From Macrostomum lignano (lineage: Eukaryota), in assembly GCA_002269645.1 (NCBI GenBank), contig NIVC01000267.1, forward strand, positions 310,001 to 374,000: 64,000 nt of DNA, read 5' to 3'. The translations under genes and the position numbers were made by a program. The notes beneath the pieces were generated by a model. That model saw only the letters and a program-made list of their open reading frames with translations. It did not search any database and was not told the DNA's origin. Below are positions 1 through 11,204 of the stretch, piece by piece. Within the stretch, counting starts at the first letter, position 1. The number at the start of each line of letters is the position of its first letter.

Positions 1-1161
1 AAATTCGCCGGCCGACTGGTCGCGACCTCCGCCAACGGCGCCGACGCTGCCGCTCCTAGTAAGTCGTCGCCTCCGCAGCGGCAGCAGCATCAGTTCCAGA
101 ATCCGCATCATCAGCAGTACCGCCAGCGACCGCAGGTTCCGCGTTTTCGTGCCTCCTCGTCGCCGAAGTTCCCAACGGCTCCCGGGCCGCAGCAGCAGCA
201 GCAGCCGATGTCAATGCTGCGGCAGATTCCTCGCCCGCCGCGGCCTCTGCTGAGGCTGCCGCGCAGTTGCAGCGGCAATGGCGGCAGCGGCCGTGGCAGG
301 TCGGCGGCGTCAAAGTCTGCCGAACGACCAGCGTCGGCTCAGACGAAGGCGCCGAAGGCAAAACGCGACAACAATTCGAAAAAATCTATGAAAAAAGCTA
401 AAAGCGCTTCTAAAAAGCCTCAAGCCGCCGCCAAGAAGCCTGAAGCTTCAGACGAATCCGCCGCCAAGAAGCCTGAAGCTTCAGACGAATCCGCCGCTAA
501 GAAGCCTGAAGCTTCAGGCGAATCTGCCGCTAAGAAGCCTGAAGCTTCAGGCGAATCTGCCGCTAAGAAGCCTGAAGCTTCAGACGAATCTGCCGCTAAG
601 AAGCCTGAAGCTTCAGGCGAATCTGCCGCTAAGAAGCCTGAAGCTTCAGGCGAATCCGCCGCTAAGAAGCCTGAAGCTTTAGGTGAATCTGCCGCCAAGA
701 AGCCTGAAGCTTCAGGCAAATCCGCCGCCAAGAAGCCTGAAGCTTCAGGCAAATCCGCCGCCAAGAAGCCTGAAGCTTTAGGTGAATCCGCCGCCAAGAA
801 GCCTGAAGCTTTAGGTGAATCTGCCGCCAAGAAGCCTGAAGCTAATTCAGGCGAGTCCGTCGTTAAGAAGCCTGAAGCTGCAGAGTTGGAGAATTCAGCT
901 TCGGAAGCGCGCGCAATTTCAAATCGCGCCACTTTCGCCGCTGTAGCCGCCAACAAGCTGGCCGACCCGACAAAGTCCGCGTCCGCCTCTGGCAACCTGC
1001 TTGACCGTCGGCCGCTGACGGTGAACAATCGGGCTGCTGACGCCCCACCGCTGCCGGCTTCGTCCAAGTCGCTGCCGACGCCGCAGCAGCAGCAGCAGCG
1101 GCAGGCCGGAGCTCCGTCAGGCCGCTCTTATGCTGGCGCCGTGACCGGCCAGGGTCGCTAG
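1..1161 (+). CDS. 3' part (5'-truncated at window edge) of a low-complexity, probably disordered protein with 13 tandem AAKKPEA(S/L)(G/D)(E/K)S repeats
   Basis: Frame 1 is open from base 1 (KFAGRLVATSANG...QQQQQPMSML) to TAG at 1159-1161. Coding-style GC-rich composition. The 33-bp repeat units vary at synonymous third positions (gcc/gct, tcc/tct). AATAAA at 1231 followed by AT-rich sequence. Confidence 0.8.
   Translation, partial: KFAGRLVATSANGADAAAPSKSSPPQRQQHQFQNPHHQQYRQRPQVPRFRASSSPKFPTAPGPQQQQQPMSMLRQIPRPPRPLLRLPRSCSGNGGSGRGRSAASKSAERPASAQTKAPKAKRDNNSKKSMKKAKSASKKPQAAAKKPEASDESAAKKPEASDESAAKKPEASGESAAKKPEASGESAAKKPEASDESAAKKPEASGESAAKKPEASGESAAKKPEALGESAAKKPEASGKSAAKKPEASGKSAAKKPEALGESAAKKPEALGESAAKKPEANSGESVVKKPEAAELENSASEARAISNRATFAAVAANKLADPTKSASASGNLLDRRPLTVNNRAADAPPLPASSKSLPTPQQQQQRQAGAPSGRSYAGAVTGQGR
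427..879 (+). repeat. Coding 33-bp tandem repeat, 13 full units plus a partial unit
   Basis: gccgc(c/t)aagaagcctgaagctt(c/t)agg(c/t)gaatc(c/t) repeated, with frame maintained throughout. Confidence 0.95.
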
Positions 1162-1230
1162 CTGGTCTCACCGAGAGCAGCGGCTGTGTGCGGGAACTTC
1201 ACACTGATTGGCGGGCAGAGCCAAAGAATT

Positions 1231-1236
1231 AATAAA
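1231..1236 (+). terminator. Polyadenylation signal of the first gene
   Basis: AATAAA, overlapping further copies (aataaataaataaataa), 70 bp after the stop codon. Confidence 0.65.
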
Positions 1237-1623
1237 TAAATAAATAACTTTAGTATCATGCACTACAATGCATTAAAAATGATTTTATTAACTTGGCGCT
1301 TTGCATTTTTATGTACTTTAATAACCAATTTTCTACATTTATAATCTATAGTTATCTCCCGGTTATAATAATATTATAGGTCAGGTATTTTTGTTAATTA
1401 ACCTTTTTCTACTACTGTTAATGATTTACATTTACAAAGCATTTGTTTAATATCAGCTTGACTTCAATTTATTAAAATTTTGAAATTTCACGACGCTTTT
1501 GTATGCGCAACTTTTTCACTGGTGCTGCATTCCTGGATTTCAGGCAGTTTTGAACCGTTTTATTTGTGAAGCGTCACTTGGGCATCATCCCCTGTGCTGG
1601 CTGCTTTCTGACTGACTGATTTG

Positions 1624-2197
1624 TGTTGTCCTCTCCTCTGACTCTCCCCTGACTTATCCCCTGACTCTCCCCTGACTTATCTCCTGACTCTCCCCTGACT
1701 CTCTGACTTATCCCCTGACTCTCCCCTTACTCTCCCCTGACTCTTCTCTCCCTGACTCTCCCCTGACTTATCCCCTGACTCTCCCCTTACTCTCCCCTGA
1801 CTCTTCTCTCCCTGACTCTCCCCTGACTTATCCCCTGACTCTCCCCTAACTTATCCCCTGACTTATCCCCTGACTCTTCTCTCCCTGACTCTCCCCTGAC
1901 TTATCCCCTGACTCTCCCCTGACTTATCCCCTGACTCTCCCCTTACTCTCCCCTGACTCTTCTCTCCCTGACTCTCCCCTGACTTATCCCCTGACTCTCC
2001 CCTAACTTATCCCCTGACTTATCCCCTGACTCTTCTCTCCCTGACTCTCCCCTGACTTATCCCCTGACTCTCCCCTAACTTATCCCCTGACTTATCCCCT
2101 GACTCTTCTCTCCCTGACTCTCCCCTGACTTATCCCCTGACTCTCCCCTGACTTATCCCCGGACTCTCCCCTGACTCATCCCCTGACTCATCCCCTC
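1624..2197. repeat. CT-rich minisatellite of ~11-bp subunits (ctcccctgact / tatcccctgac)
   Basis: Directly visible tandem repetition with mixed subunits. Confidence 0.95.
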
Positions 2198-2922
2198 TTT
2201 CCCTAAGCAGTTGCTTTGTAATCCCCGGCAGTCGGCAGTTTGTTTACCGCAGTACAATTTACCGTTTCGCTCTGTTTGCTCAGCTTCCTGCTTCCTTCCT
2301 GTTGTCAAATTCAGTGTTGTGCCGGCTGTTTATGAAAATCTGTGCGGCTATGTTATTTATGAACTTTGGCTCTGTTTTCTGCTTTAACCATTCTCACTGC
2401 CTCTGTTGTCCAGCACCGTACTATTAATATGATCGTAAAAAACCCGCACTGATCCAGAGTGATTGCCCGCCTCGCTGAAGTGAGCTGCTGATTCTCACTC
2501 GCTCAGGCGAGCCAAATGTTTCTTACAATAAAATAATTAATCATCTAAGCTTTATCAGCAGTGCACGAAATATGCTGGATGTCTCCGTCTGTGCTGGCTT
2601 ATCTTTTTTTTTCATTTGTATTCAAGTTGTCTGCTGAGAGCTGGCGAAACCTATCCATATGCTTATTAGTACATCTGCACTATTGCAACTCCCGGACTGT
2701 CACTCGAGCTTCATCGCGTCAGAAATGCTAAAACGCACACGGGAGACATTAGATAAGGTGATGATCTCTGACAGTGACGCTGGAATCTCGTGAGGTTTTA
2801 TTGAGATGTCTGTCCACCGGTGTACAGCGTGTGCTGTTGAAATTCGAAGATCGCATTTAATTCTTCGCCTTTCTTGGCTCAGCTGTTGGCTGCATTATTG
2901 TCTATTCTTAGTCGGACTGAGC

Positions 2923-3458
2923 GGCCAGCCTCCCAGATCCTCAGTTGCTGGGCCAGCCTCCCAGATCCTCGGTTGCTGGGCCAGCCTCCCAGATCCTCAG
3001 TTGCTGGGCCAGCCTCCCAGATCCTCAGTTGCTGGGCCAGCCTCTCAGATCCTCAGTTGCTGGGCCAGCCTCCCAGATCCTCAGTTGCTGGGCCAGCCTC
3101 CCAGATCCTCAGTTGCTGGGCCAGCCTCCCAGATCCTCAGTTGCTGTGCCAGTCTCCCAGATCCTCAGTTGCTGGGCCAGCCTCCCAGATCCTCAGTTGC
3201 TGGGCCAGCCTCCCAGATCCCCAGTTGCTGGGCCAGCCTCCCAGATCCTCAGTTGCTGGGCCAGCCTCCCAGATCCTCAGTTGCTGGGCCAGCCTCCCAG
3301 ATCCTCAGTTGCTGGGCCAGCCTCCCAGATCCTCAGTTGCTGGGCCAGCCTCCCTGATCCTCAGTTGCTGGGCCAGCCTCCCAGATCCTCAGTTGCTGGG
3401 CCAGCCTTCCAGATCCTCAGTTGCTTGGTCAGCCTCCCAGATCCTTAAGTGCTGGGCC
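2923..3458. repeat. 28-bp minisatellite (ccagcctcccagatcctcagttgctggg), ~19 copies
   Basis: Tandem units. The ORFs in all three + frames have 28-aa periodicity (3 units). Confidence 0.97.
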
Positions 3459-3980
3459 ACCGGATTATCATATCCCAGATAACTACATTAAGGTTTCGGT
3501 TTCAAGGGCTGCATTTTAAAAAAAAAACATTTTCCTTAAGAATAAGACATTTATAAAAACTCGGTCCCAGACTTTGATAAAAGTTAGATAACTTGGCAGA
3601 TAATTTGATGAAAGTTTTTCGTCAGGCGTGTCGTTCACGATGCGCTACGTTTTCTCAGAGGCAAACTTTGCTTCCTGTATTTTTGACGAGTTGGGAGCCC
3701 TTTTCTGTCAGGTACGAGTATTAAAGTCCTGTTGATTGCAGCTGCTGTTGCCTCTCTGCCTCAGTCTAACAAGACATCTTGTATTTGATGTTGAAGGCAG
3801 ACGATGTCGCTGTGTTGAATCAAAATGATACGCCTAGCCCGTTGGAAGCCGTAGCTCTTCCTTAATTATAGGCTTGTTCATGATTATTGATTGATGATCT
3901 TAGGTTAACCTTTTTAATAAGGACGGTCAGAATCCTGGAGATGGCGCAATTAGGGCTTCAACTATCCCTTATAGCTCTAG

Positions 3981-4481
3981 GATTTAGGGTCGCCTATTAA
4001 ATCCATGGGTAGATTTGGAAATCCAGGGTCGCCTATTAAATCCATGGGTAGATTTGGAAATCCAGGGTCGCCTATTAAATCCATGGGTAGATTTAGAAAT
4101 CCAGGGTCGCCTATTAAATCTATGGGTAGATTTGGAAATCCAGGGTCGCCTATTAAATCCATAGGTAGATTTGAAAATCCAGGGTCGCCTATTAAATATA
4201 TGGGTAGATTTGGAAATCCAGGGTCGCCTATTAAATCTATGGGTAGATTTGGAAATCCAGGGTCGCCTATTAAATCTATGGGTAGATTTGGAAATCCAGG
4301 GTCGCCTATTAAATCCATGGGTAGATTTAGAAATCCAGGGTCGCCTATTAAATCCATGGGTAGATTTAGAAATCCAGGGTCGCCTATTAAATCTATGGGT
4401 AGATTTGGAAATCCAGGGTCGCCTATTAAATCCATGGGTAGATTTGGAAATCCAGGGTTGGTTTAAAAGTCCAGGGTCGCC
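3981..4481. repeat. 39-bp minisatellite (ccagggtcgcctattaaatccatgggtagatttggaaat), ~12 copies
   Basis: Tandem units with 13-aa periodicity in the spurious ORFs. Confidence 0.97.
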
Positions 4482-4937
4482 GTGGCAGTTCTTCGCAGTT
4501 TTTAAATTCAATAGCTGCACTTCAAAACTCTGCAGTCATTTAGGAATGAAATTTCATCGCAAAATAACCAATGAAGTGGGGCCTGGGCCTCCAGCGTCCG
4601 CCAATTTCTTTTTACATCATCTTTGACTTCAGTCGAGAGAGTCTGCCGCTGCATTCTGTAGCTATGGCAAACTGTTTCAATTAAATGCCTCCGTCTCCGT
4701 TTGCGAATTCCCATAAGAATGCGGATTTTCATCTGCGAGCTGAAGGCAACTTCCCTGACTAAGCTGAACTCCAGATCCTGTTTAAACCCGTCTGCCAGCT
4801 GATCCCAAACTTTATTTACTCTAACTGACTGATAGAGATAGAACATGCACCTATGCGGCTCTCACACGAAAGGTCAAACAGAATTTAAAGAATTTTTCAT
4901 GCGCCGGCTTCTGACCTTATTTACGAGTACTTCGAAA

Positions 4938-5747
4938 AGTGGGTGAGGCAGTCCTGTGGGTGAACTGGGTGGGTGGTGCAGTCCTGTGGGTGAACTGGGT
5001 GGGTGGTGCAGTCCTGTGGGAGAACTGGGTGGGTGGTGCAGTCCTGTGGGTGAACTGGGTGGGTGGTGCAGTCCTGTGGGTGAACTGGGTGGGTGGTGCA
5101 GTCCTGTGGGAGAACTGGGTGGGTGGTGCAGTCCTGTGGGTGAACTGGGTGGGTGGTGCAGTCCTGTGGGTGAACTGGGTGGGTGGTGCAGTCCTGTGGG
5201 TGAACTGGGTGGGTAATGCAGTCCTGTGGGTGAACTGGGTGGGTGGTGCAGTCCTGTGGGTGAACTGGGTGGGTGGTGCAGTCCTGTGGGTGAACTGGGT
5301 GGGTGAGGCAGTCCTGTGCGTGAACTGGGTGAGTGAGGCAGTCCTGTGCGTGAACTGGGTGAGTGAGGCAGTCCTGTGCGTGAACTGGGTGGGTGAGGCA
5401 GTCCTGTGTGTTAACTGGGTGAGTGAGGCAGTCCTGTGCGTGAACTGGGTGAGTGAGGCAGTCCTGTGCGTGAACTGGGTGGGTGAGGCAGTCCTGTGTG
5501 TTAACTGGGTGAGTGAGGCAGTCCTGTGCGTGAACTGGGTGAGTGAGGCAGTCCTGTGCGTGAACTGGGTGAGTGAGGCAGTCCTGTGCGTGAACTGGGT
5601 GGGTGAGGTAGTCCTGTGTGTTAACTGGGTGGGTGAGGCAGTCCTGTGTATTAACTGGGTGAGTGAGGCAGTCCTGTGTGTTAACTGGGTGGGTGAGGCA
5701 GTCCTGTGTATTAACTGGGTTGGTGAGGCAGTCCTGTGTGTGAACTG
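4938..5747. repeat. 30-bp G-rich minisatellite (gtcctgtgggtgaactgggtgggtggtgca), ~27 copies
   Basis: Exact two-units-per-60-bp-line periodicity. Confidence 0.97.
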
Positions 5748-6087
5748 TGGAAAACCTCAGCAAAATTTTATAGCGCTTGCTAACCTTTAGTTGTATAATA
5801 AAACAGAACACTGGAGAAGAGAGAGCTTCATATTTATTGCTTTCTATATTTTGTTTTTATTTTGCAACGTTGTGGATTTTCACGCGTCTGCAGCAGAGAG
5901 AAAAACAAAAGCAAAATTAAGTTTTCGAAAATATGCTGATTACAGTTAGTAATTTTAGGGCTTAGGGCTCCGTGCTTTGTTCTGGTTATAAAGTACATTG
6001 AGTAATATTTGATGGTTCTGCGTCTTTAGCGGGTCGGGTCTAAGAATAACAGTGTAGGAGAATAGCATAAACCTCAGCTTGAACTGG

Positions 6088-6260
<173 letters not shown>

Positions 6261-7084
6261 TTCCTATACATGTATCTCTCTCCCTTCCATCTCTGCCACT
6301 ATCACTACACCCATAGTATTCGCTATCTCTATATGGGTAAAGTGACCATATGGTCCAGAGTATCTTCAAGATCTGTTTGTATGCTTTTCTCTTCAAGGAG
6401 GCAAAAAAAAATAATCGACAGTTGAAGTGAGTGCGAGTTTGCATAATGATTTTGATGCATGAAATACAGATGTGCTGAAGCTTGAGAGTGTCACTGCTGA
6501 CTGCCGTCAGGCCGGGCTGCATCGACCGCCCATTAAAATTCCATTGTCGATCGGCGCTCTGAAATGATTTCGCCAGAATATTTCGATATCGCAAAAAGTT
6601 TTTGGCTGGGGATTAAATCTTGTTTGCAATATTTGATTGCGCAAAAATTTTCCAGATAAGATCAAAAATTGAAATAAACATATTTATCAGTTGGGCCACA
6701 GCTGTGCAAAGAAAATTATCTTATTTCATATCAGCAGCTGTTGCTTTGATTTCAGTCTCTAGGGAGCGGGGGTGCTGCTGGCTAATCCACTCTTATTGCT
6801 AAAGAAGATGGATAATCTACTTCGTATGATTAGATCCCAAATCCATATTAAGCTACCGCATATGCTACCTACTGCCAGATTAATTTCCCGCGGGCATGCC
6901 CAGTCAATAGCCAAAACTAAGCCGTTCGTCTTTGTTAGTCTCGACTCCGAGTTTCAAAAGCAGGAAATTATTGCCATAAAACTTCACAGTTTTGAGAAGG
7001 CAAAGGGTAAAACAAAATCTAATGAATCTCTAAATTCGACTCCATTGCTGACTGTACAATCTTTTAGATAGGTCAAGCCTAAAC

Positions 7085-7645
7085 TCTATCCTTCAGCACC
7101 CACCTCACGCCTTGTGCTTCTGTCCCTAGAACAACCCGATTCTCTATCCCTCAGCACCCACCTCACGCCTTGTCCCTCTGCCCCTCGAATAACCCGATTC
7201 TCTATCCTTCAGCACCCACCTCACGCCTTGTCCCTCTGCCCCTAGAACAACCCGATTCTCTATCCCTCAGCACCCACCTCACGCCTTGTCCCTCTGCCTC
7301 TAGAATAACCCGATTCTCTATCCCTCAGCACCCACCTCACGCCTTGTGCCTCTGCCCCTAGAACAACCCGATTCTCTATCCTTCAGCACCCACCTCACGC
7401 CTTGTCCCTCTGCCCCTAGAATAACCCGATTCTCTATCCTTCAGCACCCACCTCACGCCTTGTCCCTCTGCCCCTAGAACAACCCGATTCTCTATCCCTC
7501 AGCACCCACCTCACGCCTTGTCCCTCTGCCTCTAGAACAACCCGATTCTCTATCCCTCAGCACCCACCTCACGCCTTGTCCCTCTGCCCATAGAATTCTG
7601 TGGAATAACCCGATTCTCTATCCTTCAGCACCTCACGCCATGTCC
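7085..7645. repeat. 58-bp minisatellite immediately 3' of the GPCR stop codon (minus-strand 3' region)
   Basis: tctctatcc(c/t)tcagcacccacctcacgccttgtccctctgcccctagaacaacccgat, ~9.5 copies. Confidence 0.95.
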
Positions 7646-7696
7646 CTCTATCTGCCCCACTCGAGCCCAAGCTGCTTTCAACGGACACCACACACC

Positions 7697-10600
7697 TCAG
7701 TTCAATCTGGCGCCCTCCATGCGGCGCAGCATCTCCCGTAGCTGCTGAACATTGCCATCATTGGCGTCGCCGCATGAGAGCTCCGGCTTAGCGACGGAGT
7801 GGCTGCATGGGCTGCCGTTGTGAACGCGCGGGGCCTTTCCAACATTCAAGCCGCGGCTCCCTGCATAGATTGAAGCATTTTTTAATTTCAATTTCATTGA
7901 ATCGTGACAAGTTGTAGAAGTAGAATTGCATGCTTATTTTTCTGGGATGTAATTAAATTTAATGGATTCTACGAGCGAGCTAGAATGTCGTAAAAGTAGT
8001 CAAAGCAATTTTGCTTGATAAATCGGAGCCCTGATAGAAATCACAAATTTAAGAGGTATTAATTTTTTCCTAAAGCCAATAAAAAATTCACTCTGATTGA
8101 TTTTCACCTCTGGCCATCCGTGACGGAGGTACAAATGTTCTACACAGCTTTTAACCAAGTAATTTCAAAATGTAACTCTATTTAAACAATAGGAATCTAC
8201 CGGAGCATCGAAGGAGACGTTTGAATTCGCGCCGGAATTTTCCCGACATGGCATTGTAGATCACCGGGTTGATGGCCGAATTGACAAAGATCAGCAGGCG
8301 GCTCACGGCCACGAACCACTCGGAGTTGAGGCGGCGATCCGCGGCGGCGAAGCTGTTGTAGGCGACCATCAGGCGGTAAGGCAGCCACAGGAAAGCGAAC
8401 ATTGTCACTACCACGAATAGCATCTTGACTACCTGCGGATGGAGCGAACCGGAAGGCTTCAGAAGGGTTATCATTTTCTTTTTTCGCTCTCAATATATCT
8501 CTTCACGCCTTTAAACACCCACCCACGCCTCGTCCTGCCCCTCAGCACCGACCCCACGCCTTGTCTCTCTACCCCTCTGCACCCACCCTACGCCTCGCCT
8601 CTGTCCCTCTGCACCCACCCACGCCTCGCCTCTGCCCCTCTGCACCCACCCCACGCCTCGCCTCTGCCCCTCTGCACCCACCCCACGCCTCGCCTCTCTG
8701 CCCCTTTGCACCCACCCCACGCCTCGCCTCTCTGCCCCTCTGCACCCACCCCACGCCTCGCCTCTGCCCCTTTGCACCCACCCCACGCCTCGCCTTTCTG
8801 CCCCTCGACACCCATTCACGCCTCGCTTCGCTATCTTCTCTATACTACTCTACATCCAGCCTCTGCGCCCCCCCAATAAACTGATAGTTAAGTCAAAATT
8901 ATCAACACTTTTTTTGCTCTTAACAAATGCGCTTTATTTTAAGCAGTTAGTTCTTGAATAAAAAATTAGGCAGGTTGCTTTCTCGATTTTCGTCAACTCT
9001 CCGCTTTTCATTACAGACTTGCAGGTGTCCGCCAAGGTTGGCCAATAAATTATACAGGGTACCGCTTGAAGCGACTTGGAGTGGGAGATATATGCTTGTT
9101 TTCCCCTATTCCCTTCCAAAAATGCTATAACTTGTCAATAATATTATGCTCTAGTTAGTTCGATTATGTCTTGCCAGGTGCTTCAAGGTGGGCAATCATT
9201 TTTCATCTTTGTCCCGTTTTGTCCGTGTTGGTTTTATAATTAGCTAAATTAGGCTCTCTTACACCTGGCGCCTCTGGCAAATCGTTGTCCCCGAGGGCCT
9301 TCAGCCCCCACCCGCACCGACATTTACAACTTGCATACCAAATTCGGTCTTTCGACTGCCTCAAAGCCTATAAGTAGCTCACAGCCCCTCACACTATAAA
9401 TTTCTCAAAACTATTTCAAATGTTAACTATTTCAAAATCATTTTAAACATGTCACACTCACACAGGGGTGCACAGCGGCCCTAACTTTATTTATCATGAG
9501 GCATGTACACTTCCTTGCCATGTGCCTTGGGGGTTGGCCCTCAAGGCCGTTAATTGCACGAGCAGAGCCAAGCCGAGATTCCCATTTAGCCCCAAATTAA
9601 TGTGACTGCACTTGGAATCGAGCCTGGGCCGCTGGGACATCAAAACACTAGGCTACGGACCCCAACGCGGCTCTTAAAATCACAAGATTTTACACACTTG
9701 TCACTCATAATCCCAAAGACTGCTCAAGATCAGGGGCGTTGCCATGGATTTTATGGTGGGGGGGGGGAAAGCCAAAATCCTACATGTACAATATTTTCAG
9801 ATTATCGTCAGCGCTCACTTTGGCGCCACAGGCACTCATTTTAGCGCCACAGGCACTCATTTTAGCACCAGAGCCACTCATTTTAGCGCCACAAGCACTC
9901 ATTTTAGCGCCACAGGCACTCATTTTAGCGCCGCAGGCACTCATTTTAGCGCCGCAGGCACTCATTTTAGCGCCACAGGCACTCATTTTAGCGCCGCAGG
10001 CACTCATTTTAGCGCCACAAGCACTCATTTTAGCGCCACAGGCACTCATTTTAGCGCCGCAGGCACTCATTTTAGCGCCGGAGCCACTCATTTTAGCGCC
10101 GCAGGACGTGTCCCCTGTCCTCCCGGTGGCAACGCCCCTGCTCAAGACAATTCCCCAGGCCAGCCAACCTGGATTCGACTCTGCAGCAGCCTGGCGGCAT
10201 TCGACGATCTCAGCGGCTCCGTCATTCTGGCGATGCCGCTCCCGGTGTCGCTGCCGCAGCATCGGCCGCCTCTTCTCTCGACTCCGTCGCGGCCGTTGCT
10301 CCTAGAGGCAGAGGAGCGGAACAGGGCCCTGGCGATGGCGGTGTACACGCCAGACAGAAGCAGCAGCGGCACCACATAGAACAGGCTGAGGTCGGCCAGG
10401 TACAGCGACATGTAGATGGGGTCGGACCTGGCCAGCTTGTGCTGGCAGCTGGGCACCTCCAGGCTGCCGTTTCCCGGCCGGGTCGGCCTGACGGTGGCCA
10501 GGTACAGCCAGGGCGCGTTGTAGGCCAGGCCGAATGTCCAGATCCCAGCGATGATGCGGAAGGCGCGGCGGACGGTACAGGCTGTCTTCGCCGTGATGGG

Positions 10601-10999
10601 ATGGCAGATGGCCACCCAGCGCTCCAAGGAGAAGGCCGTGATGGAGAAGGCCGAGGTGTTCACCCCCACGTAGGTGAGGTAGACCGACAGCTTGCAGCCG
10701 GCCAGGCCACAGAGCAGCCAGCGGTCCCGGACGATGTTCAGCTCCGTTACCATGGTGACGGCTCCAACAATTAGAACCACCAGATCAGCAAGGGACAGGG
10801 ACACCAGGTAGCAGTTGGTGGTGGTGATCATGCGGCCGCGGGCGGTGAGCACCACCGCCATCACCAGCACGTTGCCGACAAAGCCGATGCAGAGGATGAG
10901 GAGGGACAGAGCCGTCCCGGTGACCCTGATCGGGATATCGTAGTACAGCAGCGACTCCTGCTGCTGCTGATCCATGTGCAGCAGCTCCTTTGATTCCAT
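7697..10999 (-). CDS. TRHR: Thyrotropin-releasing hormone receptor-like rhodopsin-class GPCR, ~408 aa; exons complement(10169..10999, 8201..8432, 7697..7860)
   Basis: TM motifs GFVGNVLV, TNCYLVSLSLADL, SITAFSLERWVAICHP, QVVKML...FLWLPYR and NSAINPVIYNAMSGKFR closely match remembered vertebrate TRHR. Intron 1 is phase 0 (SRIQ|VVKM; GTTGGC at 10168, CAG at 8433). Intron 2 is phase 1 (GTAGAT at 8200, CAG at 7861) and joins exon 3 in frame to TGA. The start Met is uncertain: the ORF is open to 11086 and there is an acceptor-like cctccccTAG near 11028. Confidence 0.88.
8517..8820. repeat. C-rich degenerate minisatellite in GPCR intron 1
   Basis: Repeated cacccaccccacgcctcgcctctgcccctctg units. 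Confidence 0.9.
9612..9660 (-). mobile_element. Possible tRNA-derived SINE fragment
   Basis: Minus strand has a B-box-like ggctcgattcc. No complete cloverleaf is seen. Confidence 0.25.
9812..10105. repeat. 21-bp minisatellite (ggcactcattttagcgcc(a/g)ca), ~13 copies, next to the GPCR intron 1 donor
   Basis: Tandem units with 7-aa periodicity in the spurious ORFs. Confidence 0.95.
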
Positions 11000-11204
11000 G
11001 CCGCTTCCGGATTTCGGTTCTTGACAGCTAGGGGAGGATGCGGGCGATTTCCTTGCAGCGCGACGGCTTCTCGATGGCTGCCGCAAAGTTTATACTGGGG
11101 ATGGAGAATCGAGACGCAGCTAATCCCATCTCATGGCCAATGGGGAAGTTGCTGTGCTGCTCAAGCCTGAGCCTTAGGTTTGTAGCGGCCAATACCAGGA
11201 AAAG

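Noticed and set aside
56-1171. Minus-strand ORFs 56-361, 420-1067 and 863-1171
   Set aside because: Antisense shadows of the GC-rich + strand CDS.
2806-5811. Long repetitive ORFs on both strands (e.g. 2806-3357, 3977-4520, 4921-5811)
   Set aside because: They coincide with minisatellites whose units lack stops in several frames. There are no splice signals or non-repetitive coding flanks.
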